Part shown: piece after piece, positions 57,348 through 64,000 of the stretch
Numbering within the stretch: the first letter of the stretch is position 1
Layout: every line of letters starts with the position of its first letter
Assembly (NCBI GenBank): GCA_020137815.1
Contig: CM035361.1
Span: forward strand, 3,906,001-3,970,000
Direction: 5' to 3'
Length of the DNA: 64,000 bases
Origin: Hormiphora californensis
Taxonomy: Eukaryota; Animalia; Ctenophora
Made by a program: the position numbers and the translations under genes
Notes under the pieces: generated by a model
Seen by the model: only the letters and a program-made list of their open reading frames with translations
Databases searched by the model: none
What the model was told of the DNA's origin: nothing

Positions 57348-60300
57348 GTAAGCACGCCAGGGAATGTTTGTATAATTATAGCAGACCTGGGGACGTTTTG
57401 TAGCACGCCAGGGGGATGTGTGTATAATTATAGCAGACCTGGGGACGTTTTCGTAGCAGCCCAGGGGGATGTGTGTATAGTTATAGCAGACCTGGGGACG
57501 TTTTATAGCACGCCAGGGGGACGTGTGTATAATTATAGCAGACCTGAGGACGTTTTATAGTAGCCCAGGGGGATGTGTGTATAGTTATAGCAGACCTGGG
57601 AACGTTTTATAGCACGCCAGGGGATGTGTGTATAATTATAGCAGACCTGGGGACGTTTTGTAGCAGCCCGGGGGATGTGTGTATAATTATAGCAGACCTG
57701 GGGACGTTTTGTAGCAGCCCGGGGGATGTGTGTATAGTTATAGCAGACCTGGGGACGTTTTATAGCACGCCAGGGGGACGTGTGTATAATTATAGCAGAC
57801 CTGGGAACGTTTTGTTGCACGCCAGGGGGACGTGTGTATAGTTATACCGCGTGGGCCAATAAAAAGGGAGGGTCTTAAATCTTAGATTTCTCCGGCACCT
57901 TAATTGCAATGGTTCTGAAATTTTGACACAATGTTGTTGAGCTTATGCCAGACATGTGTACAGAGTTTCAAGTTCAAAAATGCAGAAATTCATTAATGAA
58001 CCTAAATTCATGTTTTTAAGCCAATTTAGGTTTTCTCTAGTCCATATTTTTTGTTTTCCAGGAACCTCTTTTGTACTCCACGCCAGATATCTGATACTGG
58101 GTACAGCAGAGGGCATTGGAGACCAATTGCAATCTTGCTAGCAAGATTTTGTCACACCCTGGTTACGTTTTTTGTTGCTTGCATGGAGGTCACATGACGC
58201 TTGTTGTTACCAATCAGTATAAGCATTAGCAAGCTTCCATTAGCAAAGTTTCGATTTACTTATGTCTCAACTAACGGTTTGTTAATGGAGTATCGGTTAA
58301 ATGTTAATTTATGCAGTTATTAACGAAAAAATTAAAAAAACGAAAATTTTAAAAAAATTAATTTTTTTGAATTTAACAGTTTTTCATACCAGAATGAACT
58401 TAAATGATTAAATCATAACCCAGTTAGGTTTTAATTTCATCTCTATAGTGTAAATCTCTCATTTTCAGCGAAAATAAATTTTTTGAAAAAAATATCATTT
58501 TTAATTCATTAATTTCACCCACTAAACTTTATTCATTTTCAATGAAATTTCAGATTGCCATTGATAAATGTTAACACTATTGAGTGGCTGCAATTTTGCG
58601 ATCAAAATCAACTTGGAACAAGGGAAAACCTTCAATTAACTAAAAAAACGGGAATTTAAGTTCATTAATGAATTTCTGCATTTTTGAACTTGAAACTCTG
58701 TACACATGTCTGGCATAAGCCCAACAACATTGTGTCAAAATTTTAGAACCATTGGAATTAAGGTGCCGGAGAAATCAAAGATTTAAGACCCTCCCTTTTT
58801 ATTGGCCCACGCGGTAGCAGACCTGGGGACGTTTTGTAGCAGCCAGGGGGATGTGTGTATAATTATAGCAGACCTGGGGACGTTTTGTAGCAGCCCGGGG
58901 GATGTGTGTATAGTTATAGCAGACCTGGGGACGTTTTGTAGCAGCCCGGGGGATGTGTGTATAGTTATAGCAGACCTGGGGACGTTTTGTAGCAGCCCGG
59001 GGGATGTGTGTATAATTATAGCAGACCTGGGGATGTTTTGTAGCAGCCCGGGGGATGTGTGTATAATTATAGCAGACCTGGGGACGTTTTATAGCAGCCC
59101 AGGGGGACGTGTGTATAATTATAGCAGACCTGGGGACGTTTTGTAGTAGCCCAGGGGGATGTGTGTATAATTATAGCAGACCTGGGGACGTTTTGTAGCA
59201 GCCCGGGGGATGTGTGTATAGTTATAACAGACCTGGGGACGTTTTGTAGCAGCCAGGGGGATGTTTGTATAATTATAGCAGACCTGGGGACGTTTTGTAG
59301 CAGCCAGGGGGATGTGTGTATAATTATAGCAGACCTGGGGACGTTTTGTAGCAGCCCGGGGGATGTGTGTATAGTTATAGCAGACCTGGGGACGTTTTGT
59401 AGCAGCCCGGGGGATGTGTGTATAGTTATAGCAGACCTGGGGACGTTTTGTAGCAGCCCGGGGGATGTGTGTATAATTATAGCAGACCTGGGGATGTTTT
59501 GTAGCAGCCCGGGGGATGTGTGTATAATTATAGCAGACCTGGGGACGTTTTATAGCAGCCCAGGGGGACGTGTGTATAATTATAGCAGACCTGGGGACGT
59601 TTTGTAGTAGCCCAGGGGGATGTGTGTATAATTATAGCAGACCTGGGGACGTTTTGTAGCAGCCCGGGGGATGTGTGTATAGTTATAACAGACCTGGGGA
59701 CGTTTTGTAGCAGCCCGGGGGATGTGTGTATAATTATAGCAGACCTGGGGACGGTTTATAGCACGCCAGGGGACGTGTGTATAATTATAGCAGACCTGGG
59801 GACGTTTTGTAGCAGCCCAGGGGGACGTGTGTATAATTATAGTAGACCTGGGGACGTTTTGTTGCACGCCAGGGGGATGTGTGTATAATTGTAGCAGGCC
59901 TGGGGACGTTTTATAGTAGCCCGGGGGATGTGTGTATAATTATAGCAGACCTGGGGACGTTTTGTAGCAGCCCGGGGGATGTGTGTATAGTTATAGCAGA
60001 CCTGGGGACGTTTTATAGCACGCCAGGGGGACGTGTGTATAATTATAGTAGACCTGGGGACGTTTTGTAGCAGCCCGGGGGACGTGTGTATAGTTATAGC
60101 AGACCTGGGGACGTTTTGTAGCAGCCAGGGGGATGTGTGTATAATTATAGCAGACCTGGGGACGTTTTGTAGCAGCCCGGGGGATGTGTGTATAGTTATA
60201 GCAGACCTGGGGACGTTTTGTAGCAGCCCGGGGGATGTGTGTATAATTACAGCAGACCTGGGGACATTTTGTAGCAGCCCGGGGGATGTGTGTATAATTA

Positions 60301-60605
60301 CAGCAGACCTGGGGACATTTTGTAGCAGCCAGGGGGATGTTTGTATAATTATAGCAGACCTGGGGATGTTTTGTAGCAGCCCGGGGGATGTGTGTATAAT
60401 TATAGCAGACCTGGGGACGTTTTGTAGCAGCCAGGGGGATGTGTGTATAATTATAGCAGACCTGGGGACGTTTTGTAGCAGCCCGGGGGATGTGTGTATA
60501 GTTATAGCAGACCTGGGGACGTTTTGTTGCACGCCAGGGGGATGTGTGTATAATTATAGAAGACCTGGGGACGTTTTGTTGCACGCCAGGGGGATGTGTG
60601 TATAG
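57348..60605. repeat. ~51-bp minisatellite bounded by GTAAG and TATAG, probably an entire intron
   Basis: Unit gcagacctggggacgttttgtagcagcccgggggatgtgtgtataattata, about 45 copies, split by a transposon. Confidence 0.92.
57847..58814. mobile_element. Tc1/mariner-type non-autonomous element inserted in the minisatellite
   Basis: TA|ccgcgtgggccaataaaaagggaggg...ccctccctttttattggcccacgcgg|TA; TIRs ~170 bp. Confidence 0.9.
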
Positions 60606-61119
60606 GTTGCAATAGAGCCAATTGCTGTGGTAACCCAATCTCTCTCCCTTGGGTTGGGTTCTATGGTAACCCGCTCTCTTCCTTAGGTTGGATCTGAACA
60701 CCATCACTAACTCCTTCCCTGCAGGATCTGTCCCGACTCCTTCCCCAGAATCTACCCCCTCGATCTATCATTAGAGACACCACAGAGGGGTGTTATGGAA
60801 TGGGTGAGGGGGTGAGGAGGTGAGGGGGTGAGGGGGTTCTCTCTCGCCTCCGTCCTCCTTTTATCTTACCAACCAATTATTTTAACTCAATACCTTTGCC
60901 CTGTATTTTATAGGGTGCACCAGAGAACTTTCTAATGGAAGACTTGTTTCAGGTTATCAAAGAAAGCCACAAGCAATGGAAGTTTACCATCTTTACTCCA
61001 ATTGCTGTCTCCGGTCCCGATCAAGTCCCTGTATTGTGTGCGAGGAAGATAAAACTAATAGAGAGACTGTGAGAGACTTGTGTGTGTGTATGTGTTTGTG
61101 AGAGAGAGAGAGAGAGAGA

Positions 61120-61158
<39 letters not shown>

Positions 61159-61257
61159 TGTGTGTGTTTAGTGTTAAGTGTTTACTATGTGTAATGTTGA
61201 TTGTACATTTTACTACTTTTTCACAAGCAATATCGTATATCAAGTGTTTCGGTTTAA

Positions 61258-62241
61258 GGCCAGAGGGGGGGGTCCGAGGGTCAAAAATGCACTTTTCTGA
61301 GGTTTACATATGTGATGTAACTCGGAGGTAGGAAAGTTTTGGATAGGGTAGCTGCGCACCAAGTGTATCAGGAGGCCCTGTTTTTTGAGGTTAACTTTTC
61401 GCCTAAAATGAATGTAAACCTCAAAAAAAGCTTGTATTTATGTCACCTACACAGATGAAAATGGTATCAATCGATAGATCTTATCAAGGAGACCAAGTAT
61501 TCAAAGTTTCAGAGGTCTAAGTCATATCGTTGCTCAGTTATTTGAGGTTAACATATCTCCCAAAAAACAACCTTTTGTTGGATAACTTTAGGTCCACGAT
61601 TTCACTTTATGCTCCACTTCCTGAAGAGACGGCTAGGACCTGGGCCTTGAAACTTGGCAGTTATGATCCTGAGATGGTGAACTAAAAATCTGGTGCAGCG
61701 ATTTTTGATTTAGGCCCTTGTTCCTGAAATATTGAGGTTAACATTTTAAAAAGCTTGATTTTTGAAACGTTAACCTCAATATTTCAGGAACTAGGGCCTA
61801 AATCAAAAATCGCTACACCAGATTTTTAGTTCACCATCTCAGGATCATAACTGCCAAGTTTCAAGGCCCAGGTCCTAGCCGTCTCTTCAGGAAGTGGAGC
61901 ATAAAGTGAAAAAAATGTTCTGAAATATTCAACAAAAGGTTGTTTTTTGGGAGATATGTTAACCTCAAATATTTGAACAACTATATGACTTAGACCTCTG
62001 AAACTTTGATTACTTGGTCTCCTTGATAAGATCTATCGATTGGTACCATTTTCATCTGTGTAGGTGACATAAATACAAGCTTTTTTGAGGTTTACATTCA
62101 TTTTGGGCCAAAAGTTAACCTCAATTTTTTCCTTAACGGTGCGCGCTAAAACGATTCCAACTATTTCATCTGGTCCGGCTCTTCGAGCCGGACCAAACCC
62201 CGAAAGTGACTTTTTAGATCCCCCGACCCCCCCCTCTGGCC
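61258..62241. mobile_element. Palindromic element with TTAA TSD, Kolobok-like
   Basis: ttaa|ggccagagggggggg...ccccccctctggcc|ttaa; interior palindromic around ~61755. Confidence 0.87.
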
Positions 62242-62659
62242 TTAATTAACAATGAATAAATGATGAATAATACAACGGTGATGACAGATGAATGTTTTTC
62301 ATTTTCGGGGACGTGGATTTTGGAACAACCAGATCCTTCTTTGTTTCAAACAAAGGAAAGTGCGCGTACGCGCGATTTCACTAACTGCTGACAATCCTAA
62401 TCCATCAAAACCCAACCCAACCATGTATGTAACGCGCGACGACACCTGAGGTGGGCCTTTTTAGTTTGGGTTTCACATTAAATGATGCAATACCACAGCG
62501 AGATGTTGCCAAAATAAGGACACAAGGTTGGTGTCAGTTATAGCGGTGTTGTATTCGTGATATGGATGTGAATGTGAATATGAATTTTTTTTGTTTTGTT
62601 ATTTGTAATTTAACTAATTAATAATGGACCCGTATGCAGATTAAAATTTTAAAGGATCA

Positions 62660-63652
62660 GATATTTAAGGTATTCAAGAAAAAGAGTGACATCGATATTT
62701 TCGTCGATATTCGTGAAGCTAGCTCCAGAATGTCTTTCCCCTTCAGCTCTTTGTTCCCTGCTGCCCCCTGACCCTGTATGGCGGCGCCATACCCCATTTG
62801 ACAGTGCGCTCAGATGGGTCGCGGCGCCAGACAGGCTGCCCCCAGGTCCAATGTCCTCAGAATACCCTCCGTGATGCGTAGAGGCTCCAAGCCCCTGGTT
62901 TTTACGAACATCTGAACCAGGTTCCTTTTAGCAATCATGGAGAGAGGGCTGTTCCCGTAGAACGATGGTAGGCGTTCTGAGTGAGCGAGCCGGTAACACG
63001 CCTCTCGCGTTATCTTCTCGATTCGCAGTGCGAACCTTCTCAGGATCTTCAAGCCCGAGTCAAAATCTTCAAATGGTACCATGTTTTCCTCTTCCACCAC
63101 GATTTGGAGCAGAATGCTCAGCTCAGGATTCATGATACTCTGCAAATCTGATGTGTTGAAGGGTTGCAATATTACATCCCATGAGCTTCCCGGGCGCGTG
63201 TGTCATTTCAGATGCTAGGCTTCACCGGTACGCGGAATTCCATTCTGACTCCGGCATTCCCCTCCGTAGCAGGGATTACGGTCCTGTTGATCGCCCGCTC
63301 CATGTCTCGTATGTTTCGTGATGTTGGTATACCTCTCCTGCTCTCTTTCCTCACTTCCTCTGGGGTAGACCGCGATGTTACTTGCTTCCTCATTATCTCT
63401 TGCCGCCCAAGCCCGAAATCTTTGGAACTGTTGCCACTCCTCGTCTTGTGGCCCTGTTGGCGTGACTTGACGTTCGTCCCTCCTTCGTCTGGCAGGGACC
63501 TCTATTATGTCAGACGTCTCTCGAGCTCCTCCCGATGTTCCACTTACCGGAGTTTCCCCATTGTCTTGCTGTATAGTATTCTCTTCAGCTGCTCCGTGTC
63601 TTTGAGCGTTGTTCTCCGATGTCTCCATGTTGGTGGTAGTAGACGTGTCCAT
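62660..63652 (-). pseudogene. Decayed intronless ORF of unknown family
   Basis: Three consecutive protein-like frames (63652-63215, 63393-63208, 63169-62835). The last continues ~35 codons (GAAGNKELKGKDILELAS...) once the micro-MITE insertion is removed. Confidence 0.45.
62774..62834. mobile_element. Micro-MITE (61 bp), same family as 3372-3438
   Basis: ctgtatggcggcgcc...ggcgccagacag; gctgcccc repeated at 62760-62767 and 62835-62842. Confidence 0.82.
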
Positions 63653-64000
63653 TGTAGATATAGTAGATCGATCGGGAATCGGTTAACGGGATGGAGAGAT
63701 TGTACTAGTCAGAGTTGAAGTTGATTTATCCCTCTATTTTCTGGAATATATATACCGCGAGTGCACATATCACTCCCGCTCCGCGCGACCATTTGCACGG
63801 TGAAATATGCACTCTGCTTCCGCGGGAGCGTGCAGATATAGGGGTAGCGGGATATAAGTAAGAACAGTGTCCCCTCAGTGTTTTTACACCTTATTCACAC
63901 ACAAACACACAGAATATGACTGACAAGGTACCACGCAACACATTTTACACTCACTCTCCCTCTTTCTCTCACTAATTATCCCCTTATCATGTTTTGTTGT

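Noticed and set aside
57348-60605. CRISPR-like array (also considered for 16190-16884, 38597-39647, 56595-56971)
   Set aside because: Units are head-to-tail with no unique spacers, there are no cas genes, and the context is eukaryotic.
62774-62834. Micro-MITE as an introner or ribozyme (starts ctGTATGG, ends CAG, forms a hairpin)
   Set aside because: Splicing at those sites would leave 2 nt plus the 8-bp TSD, which is not frame-neutral; no hammerhead or HDV core is visible.

Overview
Repeat-rich, intron-containing animal DNA; it is not prokaryotic. Several of the short dispersed repeats resemble ones I recall from gene models of the ctenophore Pleurobrachia, but that attribution is an unverified inference. 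Most ORF-track entries are microsatellite or minisatellite artefacts. Splicing by hand gave: a 10-exon secreted PI-PLC X-domain gene (-), a 9-exon rhodopsin-class orphan GPCR (+), a frameshifted trypsin/LDLa/SRCR mosaic protease (-), a kinesin-14 of at least 19 exons (KIFC1/Ncd type) whose first coding exon is a LEM domain (-), a 3-exon zinc-finger-like gene (-), a frameshifted Smad MH2 exon (+) and a decayed intronless ORF (-). Between and inside these genes lie a 5'-truncated L2/CR1-group retrotransposon and about 25 non-autonomous inverted-repeat DNA elements with TA, 3-bp, 4-bp, TTAA, 6-bp and 8-10-bp target duplications. The best leads are: (1) the LEM-kinesin-14 fusion; (2) a ~115-117-bp dyad-symmetric module with helical-turn spacing, shared by MITEs with unrelated ends; (3) repeated tandem amplification of exon-intron junctions into intronic minisatellites, one of which forms ready-made micro-exon/intron cassettes; (4) +7-bp excision-type footprints in coding exons. 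All coordinates were counted by hand and may be off by a few bases.
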